The notes: generated by a model not told the origin, from the sequence alone. A stretch of 21,782 bases of DNA from Tubiluchus corallicola (GCA_030141605.1 JAQGDQ010001899.1:1-21782); one strand, 5' to 3'; shown: positions 1 through 11,390, counted from the first letter of the stretch. Program-made: numbers and translations.

Positions 1-629
1 TATATACGAATCTGATTAGTTCGCTTTGTATTAACTATCGTCCATATTGCGGGGACATAGCTAGGAAACTTGAGAGATATAGACCTTTCTCACAACGCGA
101 AGGTCAAGGTGAAGTTTAGATAAGACGATCATTGCTTACTAGACTGACATCCAAAGCTCTCGGAGTCAGGTGAAGGATTCACCTTATAGCATTTAGGAGT
201 TAAGCGAACATATTAAAATTCAATCTATACGATACATAGATTTAAGTCACCTTACACTATACGATCTAGATTAACAGAAACATTAGGCATTTGAATTTTA
301 GAAGGTGATAAAACTCGCTAGTCTGAACGTGCGGTATGCGTCTGCAAACAAAAGGCTTATGGCTATAGAGTTCAGCCTATAGAGTTCTTTTGCAAGTTCT
401 TGCACAGGCATTCACACTAGCTTACCGAGTCGCACGTATAATGACTGCGCTCCATCGCGAAGCCACACAACTTGTTCCCACAGCGACTTGCTCAGTATTA
501 TCAATCCCACTTGTTTCCACCACTTCCCACACACTAAAGAAAATGTCATTAAGATTTATCTTCATCAGATTTATAAGTGAAATAAAAATGCAAAGAAATA
601 GGAAGAATAAAAAACCAGAGAAGATAAAT

Positions 630-690
630 AAGAGGGACAGAGAGAGGGAATGAACGAGAAAAGAGCGAGAGTAAGTGAGAGAGAGAGGCG

Positions 691-724
<34 letters not shown>

Positions 725-725
725 G

Positions 726-763
<38 letters not shown>

Positions 764-890
764 AGAAAGAGAGAAAGAAAGAGAGAGAGAGAGTGTGTGA
801 AAGAAAGAAAGAGAGAGAGAGTGTGTGAAAGAAAGAGAAAGAGAGAGTCAGAAGGAAGAAACAATAGAAAAGAGGAAAGAAAGACAGAAA
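630..890. repeat. (GA)n/(GAAA)n purine-rich microsatellite
   Basis: Long imperfect GA and GAAA runs. These explain the low-complexity ORF 571..864 (SLSLFL...). Confidence 0.95.
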
Positions 891-1317
891 CAGACTAGGT
901 ATTTATTACTCCATTACCTTTACTTAAAAGTTTTGTCTTTGGGATACTAACTTTATGATACTTTGCAAAAAATTCTTTTGTTTGGAAGCTGTGGATGCTG
1001 GACATTCCTCTGAAAAGAATGCATTATTTGTCATGGCGTCGCCATGGCGACAACTGAACGCTCTCGTAAATTATTAGTTTTGTGCATAATAAGTCCCACC
1101 ACAAACTTTTACAGGTAATTAATTAATTAAAGCGTTTATTTTTGCCGTTTTTCATTATTTCGTCACGTGTTGCACAACATTTCTGATAAAAATATTTTCG
1201 TTTTGAATGAAATAGGAGCAGAAATGGTAAATCACAGACAAATTGTTTTAGAAATACTTGATTTTTCTCCTTATTCTGTTGCTCTAATATAGAATTGGGC
1301 CTCTATCCCTTGTTATA

Positions 1318-1763
1318 TTAAACCTTTCAGTCCCAAATTATTAAGAAAACATTTTTTGGCTTGGTACTTTTGTTCAGTAGGTCCATCTTGTTTACACATA
1401 ATAATTATTTTTTTCTACCTGTGCCCGCGTGCTAAATATAGCCTGCATCCCACGGGATACATTGGGATTCACTGGAAGCAAAAAATAACTGCTGATAATT
1501 TTTTAAAGTATCTAAAACATTTAGTATGCACGCTATGCTGATCTGTACAAAGTCATCTCTAAAGTACTGTACCTTGCGCAGTTTTTTATGCTATGTAGAT
1601 TTTCTAGTTTGCCATTTTGTCACCATTTTTAGTCGATTGTTATTGGCTTAAATCAAAATAACTATTAACAGATCAAATAACTGTCAGTTTTAAAATTTTA
1701 TTAATTTTAAGGGCAGAAAATATTCTCGTATCCCATGGGATACAACGGGTATGAAAGGGTTAA
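1318..1763. mobile_element. Putative piggyBac-like non-autonomous element (MITE) with TTAA target sites
   Basis: Left end TTAA(1318-1321)-ACCTTTCAGTCCC; right end GGGTATGAAAGGG-TTAA(1760-1763). The right end's reverse complement CCCTTTCATACCC matches the left end at 10/13. Subterminal 16-bp palindrome GTATCCCATGGGATAC at 1728-1743, with a near copy at 1445-1460. No transposase. Confidence 0.5.
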
Positions 1764-1847
1764 TAGCACCCGTTATTCCCCACTTGAGATGTACGGCATT
1801 GCCTATAGCGCGATTGAGACTCCTGGCGCACTATTTGAAAGTTGAAA

Positions 1848-1863
1848 CCGATAGATGGCGCTA
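1848..1863 (+). promoter_or_regulatory. CTCF-like / YY1-like motif
   Basis: CCGATAGATGGCGCTA resembles the CTCF consensus CCASYAGRKGGCRSYA and contains the YY1 core ATGGCG. Motif match only. Confidence 0.25.
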
Positions 1864-2049
1864 CGGAGAAATCCAAACTGCAAGCACGTTTTGATGGTCA
1901 GTCATTTAACAGCTGAATCTAGAAGAAGATTCAACAATGTTGACTTTACATCCTTAACGTCAATTATCAATTGCAATTTTATGTTTGTTAGAGATTTTTT
2001 TCAACGTTTTAAAAGCCTATGAATAAGAAAACACATCAATTTTGCATAT

Positions 2050-2833
2050 ATATATATGTATATATGTATACAATTACATGATAGACATATTTATGTATCT
2101 ATATCAATTTATCTATCTATCTAACTATATCTATATCTATATATATATATTTATATGCTATTGTATGTATATACCATTATATGGTACTTGCAAAATTGAT
2201 GTGTCTTCTTATTTTGTTTTAAATGTTTGGCACAGTAGTTTTTAGTTTGCACTGGACGCATTTGGCTTTAACAGTTGTGTGAATTTTATTCTCATGCTGC
2301 GATGTTCTTTTATGCTTTTATAGTTATGAATATCGATTTTTTATGACAAATAAAGATTGTTTTATATATATATATATATATAAGAAAATACAATAGCATA
2401 TAATAGCATATACAATACATTTACATACAATAGCATATAAATATAGATATATAGATATATCTATCATGTAATTGTATATATATATACATATATATTATGA
2501 TATATTGTGATATCAAACGGCTTATATATATATATGCTATTGTGTGTATATACCATTATATGGTACTTGCAAAATTGATGTGCAATAGCATATATATATA
2601 AGCCGCTTGATATCACAATATATTATAATATATATATATATATACAATTACATGTTATATATATATATATAGTTACGAATATATATAACAATCTTTATTT
2701 GTCATAAAAAATGGATATTTATAAAAGCATAAAAAAAACATCGCAGCATGAGAATAAAATTCACACAACCTTTAAAGGCAAATGCATCCAGTGCAAACTA
2801 AAAACTACTGTGCCAAACATTTAAAACAAAATA
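2050..2833. repeat. Nested inverted-repeat (foldback) structure interspersed with (TA)n
   Basis: Inverted arms 2210-2361 / 2687-2833 (about 150 bp) and 2465-2542 / 2583-2654. Further inverted pair about 2050-2170 / 2422-2492. Direct repeat about 2151-2203 / 2530-2582. Confidence 0.9.
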
Positions 2834-2967
2834 TACATTATAATATTACACGGAAATTATAATAGGCTATATACAATATATACATATAATTTAAAATGGA
2901 CGCGGGTAAATAAAATTTGCGGATGAATTATATATTATCGTTTACGTAAGTTGGGTTTTCAAAACGA

Positions 2968-3112
2968 TTTAATGTATGTATTTTTCATTTTGATTTGAAT
3001 TCGTCGAAAGACTTGATTTGTTTTAAATTTGATGGCAGGGGGTATTCCGGCTGCAGTTCGGTAATCTGAGGTAGGACTACTGGTAGTTGTTCGTACGGTG
3101 GAAGAGGTTATA
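2968..3112 (-). other. Possible terminal exon of a minus-strand transcript
   Basis: Strong acceptor TTCTTTTGTCTTTTGCAG ending at 3113 (minus), GC-richer sequence after it, and ATTAAA on the minus strand at 2968-2973. Confidence 0.3.
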
Positions 3113-3560
3113 CTGCAAAAGACAAAAGAACAACATTGAAGATCAAAACACTACTTGAATAAACGCGCATTGTTGCTAGTTGAGGGTCTCAGGTCGAGGG
3201 CACTATGTTCACACTCACTCACAATTGGATATTTAAAACTGGTTTAATTTACTCTCAGAGAAAGATTGAATCCAAACCTGTTTGAAATGCCACAAACCTG
3301 GCTTTAGTTAACAAACATTCATTCACAATCGAATATCTAGTGCTTAAATAAAGTATAAAAGCATAGAAGGATTGAATTTGTAGAGAGTTTAAAGTATATT
3401 AGACTGAAGTTAGTGTAGACTATTGTAGACTGTCTCAATCTGGTGGTTAAAATAAAGAATATGAATTTGTGTTGAACTGTGAAAGACCATTCAACAGCAA
3501 TGCTCAAGAAAAAAAGACCCATGCAGAGCTACCCAAGTCACATGCACCCACTGAGCTTAC

Positions 3561-3655
3561 CTGATTGGCTAGTGAAATTCACTGGCAATCTACATTCCCA
3601 TATATGGGAAGCCCAGCAGGTACAGGTGACTGAGCAGCACTGGCCAAGGCCAAAC
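3561..3655 (-). other. Possible 95-bp exon (minus strand)
   Basis: Acceptor TAATCCAG and strong donor CAG|GTAAGC flank a GC-richer island. One frame reads LALASAAQSPVPAGLPIYGNVDCQ*; another frame is open throughout. Confidence 0.35.
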
Positions 3656-3834
3656 CTGGATTAAACATCGACTCCAGTTCCATAATAATTTTAAATGTAG
3701 GTGGCAGCACACATTATTGTAGTAGTTTAAGTGCACCCTGGGACAGCTAACCCGTGTCGTTTTACCAGCTTGTGCCAACATTTTAAATTATTAATAATAT
3801 AATATATTAATTCATATTTTTGTAAGAACAAAAA

Positions 3835-3977
3835 AGGGAGCAAACAACTAAGCAAAAGTAAAATTAAAACAAGAAACATAAGCAAGTAATCAAGCAAATA
3901 AGCAAGCGAAACAGCAAAAAGTCAGTGAGCAAAGAATTAAACAAACGAGAAAGTAAGCGTGAAAACAGCAAACAAAA
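3835..3977. repeat. Degenerate (AAGC/AAAC)n simple repeat
   Basis: Recurring aagcaa/aaacaa motifs. Confidence 0.6.
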
Positions 3978-4070
3978 CGTACCACCTCCACCCATTTTCA
4001 CAACATGCAATACCATGTCATTGTTTACTTTTTTATTATCAAATCTTTTAGCCATTAACGTGTAATAATC

Positions 4071-4186
4071 GCTGACACAGTAACTGCTTGTGGTGTGTTA
4101 TTAAATGCGTTGTTAAAATGTTGTTGAAAAGCTGACCCAGTAACTGCTTGTGGTGTGTTATTAAAATGCGTTGTTAAAATGTTGTG
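4071..4186. repeat. 60-bp tandem duplication (2 copies)
   Basis: gctgac(a/c)cagtaactgcttgtggtgtgttattaaa... at 4071 and 4131. Confidence 0.9.
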
Positions 4187-4401
4187 TGTTCTCGTTAATA
4201 GGACGTTTGTCCTGTAATTATACATTTAGTTTAAACAACATTTATGGGAGTATACAAGCAGAATAAAAGTATCTGATTTGTTTAAATACAAAAATTGTTT
4301 ATTTACAATACACAATTATGGTGTGGGGGGCAGGGAATCGTGACCCTACAAGGGTTAAGCAAACATACTAACATTACATGAGTAAACATAAAAACACTCC
4401 A

Positions 4402-5260
4402 AAGAACAAGTCAAATCATTTCATCAGACTATTTACAATGGAGAAAAAAGTAAAAAACTCCAATTTACATTTCAAGAACAAGTCAAATCATATCATCAGA
4501 CTATTTACAATGGAGAAAGTAAAAAACTCCTATTTACATTTCAAGAACAAGTCAAATCATATCATCAAACAATTTACAATGGAGAAAAAAGTAAAAAACT
4601 CCAATTTACATTTCAAGAACAAGTCAAATCATATCATCAAACAATTTACAATGGAGAAAAAAGTAAAAAACTCCAATTTACATTTCAAGAACAAGTCAAA
4701 TCATATCATCAAACAATTTACAATGGAGAAAAAAGTAAAAAACTCCAATTTACATTTCAAGAACAAGTCAAATCATATCATCAAACAATTTACAATGGAG
4801 AAAAAAGTAAAAAACTCCAATTTACATTTCAAGAACAAGTCAAATCATATCATCAAACAATTTACAATGGAGAAAAAAGTAAAAAACTCCAATTTACATT
4901 TCAAGAACAAGTCAAATCATATCATCAAACAATTTACAATGGAGAAAAAAGTAAAAAACTCCAATTTACATTTCAAGAACAAGTCAAATCATATCATCAA
5001 ACAATTTACAATGGAAAAAAAAGTAAAAAACTCCAATTTACATTTCAAGAACAAGTCAAATCATATCATCAAACAATTTACAATGGAGAAAAAAGTAAAA
5101 AACTCCCATTTACATTTCAAGAACAAGTCAAATCATATCATCAAACAATTTACAATGGAGAAAAAAGTCAAAAACTCCAATTTACATTTCAAGAACAAGT
5201 CAAATCATATCATCAAACAATTTATTTACAATGGAGAAAAAAGTCAAAAAACTCCAATTT
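4402..5260. repeat. 72-bp minisatellite, about 12 near-identical copies (underlies ORF 4378..5385)
   Basis: Unit ttcaagaacaagtcaaatcatatcatcaaacaatttacaatggagaaaaaagtaaaaaactccaatttacat recurs every 72 bp. Confidence 0.97.
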
Positions 5261-5934
5261 GTATCATTTCATCAAACAATATTCAAAAAAATTCTGTATT
5301 TACATATTTACATAATTCTGTAGTTATAGCAGTGGTTATACTAAGAGTTAAGCTGCTATATTATAGACTTCTGAAGGCTCGGTAACTGGACCCATGGAGG
5401 ACTCCGTATTTTTGTTATGATTACTATTATGTTCATTAAAATATATGTAGAAAAAATGTTCAAAACGTTCCAAATCTGTTCAACTGAACATTTCTTTGAT
5501 GTTCAAAAATGTTCATTCTAAAATTGAGAACAAGTTCAAGACAACTTCTCCTGTTATGAGCAAAAATATTCATTTTAATGTCAGCAACAAAAGCTAAAAC
5601 TGATTCAACGCAGTTTCTCTTTGGAGGTGATAAGCAAAAATATTTATTTCAATGTTGGCACGTTAAAAGCCAGTGCAAGACAGCTTTGTACTGGGAGGAT
5701 GTGCCAAGCCAAAAGCCAGTGCAAGATGACCCAAACTTCTCTCCGGAGGTTTGGAGAATTACATTTCAATTTGAACGTTAATTGCTATTAGCAATTTAGA
5801 GCTTCAGCATCATCAGCGAATACATTACAGTTTCTCGGATTTTTTAATATAAAATATAAAAGTGCTTACATATTTAGCATAATATTTAAAGTTGACATTC
5901 AACACAAATTTTCTGCAATGCATTGTATTCTAAA

Positions 5935-6320
5935 GTGCAATATATGCTGCAATATATTCTAGTAATTGTCACATATCCCATAAGCTGCAATATTCTATTA
6001 ACTGCCATATATCGTAGCAACTGCAGTATATTCTATTAATGGTAACATACACTATATGCTGCAATATTCTGTTAACTGCAATATATCGTAGCAACTGCAG
6101 TATATTCTATTAATGGTAACACGTCCTATAAGCTGCAATATTCTGTTGCAATATTCTGTTAATTGTAACACGTCCTATAAGCTGCGATATTTCTAGAAAC
6201 TGCAACCTTCAACAAACAACAATATATCATACAAGCTGCAATATGTTCTATTATTTGTTACATATCCTTTAAGCTGCAGTATTTCTAAAAACTGCAGTAT
6301 ATTGTATAAGCTACAGTATG
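5935..6320. repeat. Degenerate ~37-bp tandem repeat with 74-bp dimer structure
   Basis: gctgcaata/actgcagta anchors at about 5946, 5984, 6021, 6058, 6094, 6132 and onward; 5984-6057 resembles 6058-6131. Confidence 0.8.
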
Positions 6321-6469
6321 TTATTCATAAGATAGAGGGACCACAATGCTGATGATGCTGGATGTTTGTGAGGCGGCAGTTACCGAGCCGATGAGGAGGA
6401 ATTTTCTGAAAAGCAGGGGGAGGGGGATTGAAAACAATAATCATTAATAATAACTTCTATTTCTGGTGC

Positions 6470-6732
6470 TTTAATTAAGAAGCGTAATTGTTTGAAGTAC
6501 GCTCAAAACGCTTTAATGATTTGAAGCACAAATGTTGTTTTAATTAAGAAGCGTAATTGTTTGAAGTACGCTCAAAACGTTGTAATGAATCGAAGCACAA
6601 ATGTTGTTTTAGTTAAGAAGCGCAATTGTTTAAAGTACGCTCATAACGTTTTAATGATTTGAAGCACCAATGGTTCTTTAATTAAGAAGCGTAATTGTTT
6701 AAAGTACGCTCAAAACGTTTTAAGGATTCGAA
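6470..6732. repeat. 69-bp minisatellite, about 3.8 copies
   Basis: ttaattaagaagcgtaattgtttgaagtacgctcaaaacg... at 6471, 6540, 6609 and 6678. Confidence 0.95.
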
Positions 6733-6928
6733 CCGTTAAAAGTGTTCATAATAGAATTGATCCCCCTCCCATGCCGATAGTGACCAGGCGGTGGGAAGCT
6801 AATTTTTAATAACATGGCGACACATATTTCAGCCATATTTAATATTTTAGCCATATTTAATTGATTGTATATTCAAACGTTATCTATACATGGACAGCCA
6901 TGGTTACAATATTAGGCAACATCTTTAA

Positions 6929-7057
6929 ATTATGCAAGGTGGCAAACTTGATGTCTATAGTCAAAATAAACGCTTGACTATATACAAGGTTTTAATTATG
7001 CAACGTGGCAAACTTGATGCCTATAGTCAAAATAACAGCTTGACTATATACAAGGTT
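6929..7057. repeat. 66-bp tandem duplication
   Basis: attatgcaa(g/c)gtggcaaacttgatg... at 6929 and 6995. Confidence 0.9.
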
Positions 7058-7196
7058 GTGTGTCATAATAGCAATTATTTTCATATAAAAAACATTCAGC
7101 CATTATTCCTCATATGCTGGAAAAGGATGAACAAATCTTTGTATGACAAAATGATGGAAATTAACATTACTGGTTCATGAAAAAAATGTAGTGATA

Positions 7197-7616
7197 GTGT
7201 CACATAAAATGTGATAGTAACGAAAAAACTGCCACCAAGGCGTCAAATGAAGAGACATGATAACGTGATGCGAGTCACTGTTAATGTCTTCATCGAGTAA
7301 CATGATACATAGCCATGATGTTATAGAACAGTGATGGAAACTACCATCATGAACGTGTCACATAAAATGATGTGATAGTAACGAAAAAACTGCCATCAAG
7401 GCGACAAATGAAGAGACATGATAACGTGATGCGAGTCACTGTTAATGTCTTCATCGAGTAACATTATACATAGGCATGTCACAGTATAGTGATGGATGTT
7501 ACAGTCATGTCACAGTATAGTGATGTTATAGAACAGTGATGGAAAGTACCATCATCAACGTGTCACATAAAAATGATGTAATAGTAACGAAAAAACTGCC
7601 ATCAAGGCGACAAATG
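7197..7616. repeat. ~160-200-bp tandem duplication, about 2.4 copies
   Basis: gtgtcacataaaatg...gtaacgaaaaaactgcca... at about 7197, 7355 and 7560. The second copy has an internal duplication of catgtcacagtatagtgatg. Confidence 0.9.
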
Positions 7617-7989
7617 CCTTATAAGAGAGAAACTGAATATTTTAAAAAATTGACTTGATGAAATTGAACATAATCACTGATTATTAATCAGTACTAAAGC
7701 AGTAAACAAGTAAAACTGATAACAAAGTGGTGGCAACTACTGCTAATATATCACATAAAGTGACATGACAATGACGAAGGTAAACAGTACCGAAACTAGA
7801 ATATTTCAAAAAATGCCAAGGCATCAGGGAAAAACTCCTGTCATGACATATGGAGAAATGCACGTTATGAAAGATTGCACAGTTAAAACTGCTTGATAAA
7901 GTTGAACGTAACAGTCAGCATTGAAACTGTACCAACAATAACGGTACAGAAAACAGCCGCTATTTAGAGATTACATGATCGAAATTACG

Positions 7990-8470
7990 TTGTTGAAGTT
8001 GAATAACAGCATCCAATTAAAGATTACAAGATCAAAATTCCTTTGTTGAAGTTGAATAACAGCATCCAATTAAAGATTACAAGATCAAAATTCCTTTGTT
8101 GAAGTTGAATAACAGCATCCAAATAAAGATTACAAGATCAAAATTCCTTTGTTGAAGTTGAATAACAGCATCCAATTAAAGATTACAATATCAAAATTCT
8201 TTTGTTGAAGTTGAATAACAGCATCCGATTAAAGATTACAAGATCAAAATTCCTATGTCAAGTTGAATAACAGCATCCAATTAAAGATTACAAGATCAAA
8301 ATTTCTTTGTTGAAGTTGAATAACAGCATCCAATTAAAGATTACAAGATCAAAATTCCTATGTTGAAATCGAATATGTAATCGGCATTGAAACAGAACCA
8401 ACAAATACGTTACAAAAACAGCATCCAATTAAAGACTACAAGATCAAAATGCCCTTGTTGAAACTGAACA
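7990..8470. repeat. 53-bp minisatellite, about 7 copies plus degenerate flanks
   Basis: gaagttgaataacagcatccaattaaagattacaagatcaaaattcctttgtt at 7995, 8048, 8101, 8154 and onward. Related degenerate sequence extends over about 7880-8740. Confidence 0.95.
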
Positions 8471-8960
8471 TAATCATTGAAAAATACAGTACGAAAAAAG
8501 GTTCCTTAAAGATGAACGATTGTGGACAAAATTGAAAGTAATCGGCATTGAACTCGTACCAACAATTATAGAACATACAAAAACTCCATTAAAGATTGAA
8601 CGATTGAAATTGCCGTGAATAAAATTGAAAGTTATCGGCATTGAAAAAGTACTAACAATTATAGAAAAAATTACAGAAAAAAGCTTCATTAACGATTGTA
8701 GGATCAAAATTGAATTGATTAAATTGAAAATAATCAACACTGAAGCCTGACAAGAAATTAACTTCAAATGGTCTGCTGCTTAAGAGACAGGAGTTTAAGA
8801 TTAGGGATATTTTTGCATTCACCTGCAAGGTCATGTTATTGTGGAGGGACTGCAACTAGACTCTTTATGAAAACTAATCATCTAAGAGTAGACATTGGAC
8901 CAGGAAGGTGAACTGTGATTTTGATATGGTCACCCATTCATTTACTATCGGGGCTCTAGC

Positions 8961-9140
8961 TTCAATTCCTAAACTAAGTCAGCCATGTTTTGGCTAACAT
9001 GATTTTAGTAGTGACGACTCATCCGTGTGCTATCTAGTCTTTACTCTATAAAATTTCAATTCCTAAACAAAGTCAGCCATGTTTTAGCGTATGTGATTTT
9101 AGTAGTGGTCACTCATCTAATTACTTTCTAGTCTTAGCTC
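8961..9140. repeat. ~94-bp tandem duplication
   Basis: ttcaattcctaaac(t/a)aagtcagccatgtttt... at 8961 and 9055. Confidence 0.85.
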
Positions 9141-9471
9141 TGGTTAACTTCACTTCAATTGTCAAGATTACTAATTTCGCCCTAAAGCTAGTTCAGCAAA
9201 AAGCAAACACCAGGCGGCACAACCAGTCAGCTAAAACACTTGCTAGTCACAGCCTAAAAAGCTTATAAATGAAATGCTTTACAAAAATAAAGATGGATTT
9301 TGCAAATATTAGACTAAAGTATTATTAGATAATTTGTGAAAGGCCTGCAATTAACAAGGTTAGGCTGGGGGGTGAATCAGGTTTTGAATTATTAGTTAAG
9401 GTAATGGACAAAATATGGGAAGTTACTTTTGAACAGGGATCTAAGTGATCTGCATAAAAATTTGAAATCAC

Positions 9472-9987
9472 TGTACAGTTCTTTAGACTGCATAACTTTT
9501 TGTACAGTTCTTTAAACTGCAGAACTTTCAGTACACTTCTTTAAACTGCAGAACTTTCAGTACAGTTCTTTAAACTGCAGAACTTTCAGTACAGTTCTTT
9601 AAACCGCAGAACTTTCAGTACAGTTCTTTAAACCGCAGAACTTTCAGTACAGTTCTTTAAACCGCATAACTTTTTGTACAGTACTTTAAACTGCATAACT
9701 TTTTACACAGTTCTTTAAACTGCATAACTTTTTGTACAGTTCTTTAAACTGCATAACTTTTTGTACAGTTCTTTAAACTGCATAACTTTTTGTACAGTTC
9801 TTTAAACTGCATAACTTTTTGTACAGTTCTTTAAACTGCATAACTTTTTGTACAGTTCTTTAAACTGCATAACTTTTTGTACAGTTCTTTAAACTGCATA
9901 ACTTTTTGTACAGTTCTTTAAACTGCATAACTTTTTGTACAGTTCTTTAAACCGCATAACTTTTTGTACAGTTCTTTAAACTGCATA
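9472..9987. repeat. 29-bp minisatellite, about 18 copies
   Basis: Unit tgtacagttctttaaactgcataactttt. A variant (gcagaactttcagtac) is clustered at about 9519-9650. Confidence 0.97.
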
Positions 9988-10091
9988 ATAATATATGCTT
10001 CCCTCAAGTACTTACAGTATGTTAGTGGAAAGAAACTGTCAGTCAGTTAATGCCTAGGCCTTGTCTGTCTTTACTGAAAGTTTGTTCTGTT

Positions 10092-10194
10092 GTACAGAAG
10101 CGAAATACACGCTGTACATGTACATACTTCTATACACGCGCGCTATGCATAGAAGTATAAATTTGCATGTACAGAATGCATACCGCTACGGTAC
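10092..10194. other. ~100-bp imperfect palindrome (hairpin)
   Basis: ctgtacatg 10112-10120 pairs with catgtacag 10166-10174, and atacttctat pairs with atagaagtat. Outer gtacagaagcg pairs imperfectly with cgctacggtac. The centre is cgcgcg. Confidence 0.7.
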
Positions 10195-10577
10195 TGTACC
10201 ATATTAGTTCATAAATAGAATCAGAGGTTAAGAGCTCAATGTCAGAACTTAGTGTACTTTTGGGAAGCATTTGAAGTTAACAAAATCGTGAATTGTGGTA
10301 ACAAATTTCTGGTTAGAACTTTTTCAGTACAGCGTGGAGTCTCGTTTAGCAAATTCTACGAAATATTTCTTTTAAAGATAACGGGAAAGAAAGGAAAGAT
10401 GGGCCGGGAGGAGACTGCAGGCTGTCCATCCCACTCCAACCTTGTTCCCTCCTTATTTTACAAACTATTAATATTGATTCAACCAGTAAAAACAATGTAT
10501 TTATATACAATGGAAGTTTCACGAAAAATGTAGACTTTCCCTTTATCATATACTTTGTAGGGATAACTGTTTTCCCT

Positions 10578-11160
10578 TTCACACAGGGGATGGGCGGACA
10601 TGGCTTTCTAAAGCATGACTGAATTTCATTTCACAGAGGGGATTGGGAGGACATGGCTTTCTAAAACATGACTGAATTTCATTTCACAGAGGGGATGGGA
10701 GGACATGGCTTTCTAAAGCACGACTGAATTTCATTTCACAGAGGGGATGGGAGGACATGGCTTTCTAAAGCATGACTGAATTTCATTTCACAGAGGGGAT
10801 TGGGAGGACATGGCTTTCCAAAGCATGAATGAATTTCATTTCACAGACGGGATGGGAGGACATGGCTTTCTAAAGCATGACTGAATTTCATTTCACAGAG
10901 ATGATGGGAGGACATGGCTTTCTAAAACATGACTGAATTTCATTTCACAGAGGGAATGGGAGGACATAGCTTTCTAAAGCATGACTGAATTTCATTTCAC
11001 AGAAGAGATGGGAGGACGTGGCTTTCTAAAGCATGACAGAATTTCATTTCACAGAGAGCATGGGAGGACATAGCTTTCTAAACCAAGACTGAATTTCATT
11101 ACACAGAGGGGATGGGAGGATATGGGTTTGTTTCTAACGTATGAATAACTTTCATTTCAC
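10578..11160. repeat. 52-bp minisatellite, about 11 copies
   Basis: Unit ttcacagaggggatgggaggacatggctttctaaagcatgactgaatttcat. Confidence 0.97.
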
Positions 11161-11390
11161 TTATCTAGAACGTGGCTATCTCTCGTTTAATGGGAGAGAG
11201 CAAAATTAAAAAACCCTCAAATGATTTTCAAGAAAGTAGCTGTCTCTCATTCCACAGTAAGTGTTCTAGAGCACGACTGTCTTTTAGTTTTTGTTAAAGT
11301 ACTACCTCTTCCGGAAGTGGTTGTGGAGGTTAGACATGATTAAAATATTGGGGAATTTACTGTAAAAAAAACTTGTAATAAACTTTAGAT

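Noticed and set aside
571-864. 97-aa ORF rich in Ser/Leu/Phe
   Set aside because: It is a translation of the (TC)n microsatellite strand.
1038-1051. 14-bp perfect palindrome GTCGCCATGGCGAC
   Set aside because: Real but isolated. It may be a factor-binding site, but nothing else supports a function.
4343-4358. piggyBac-like end AAGGG-TTAA
   Set aside because: No matching opposite terminus was found.
9472-9987. CRISPR-like periodicity (29-bp unit; also the 49-55-bp arrays)
   Set aside because: Units are head-to-tail with no unique spacers, no cas genes are present, and the context is eukaryotic.
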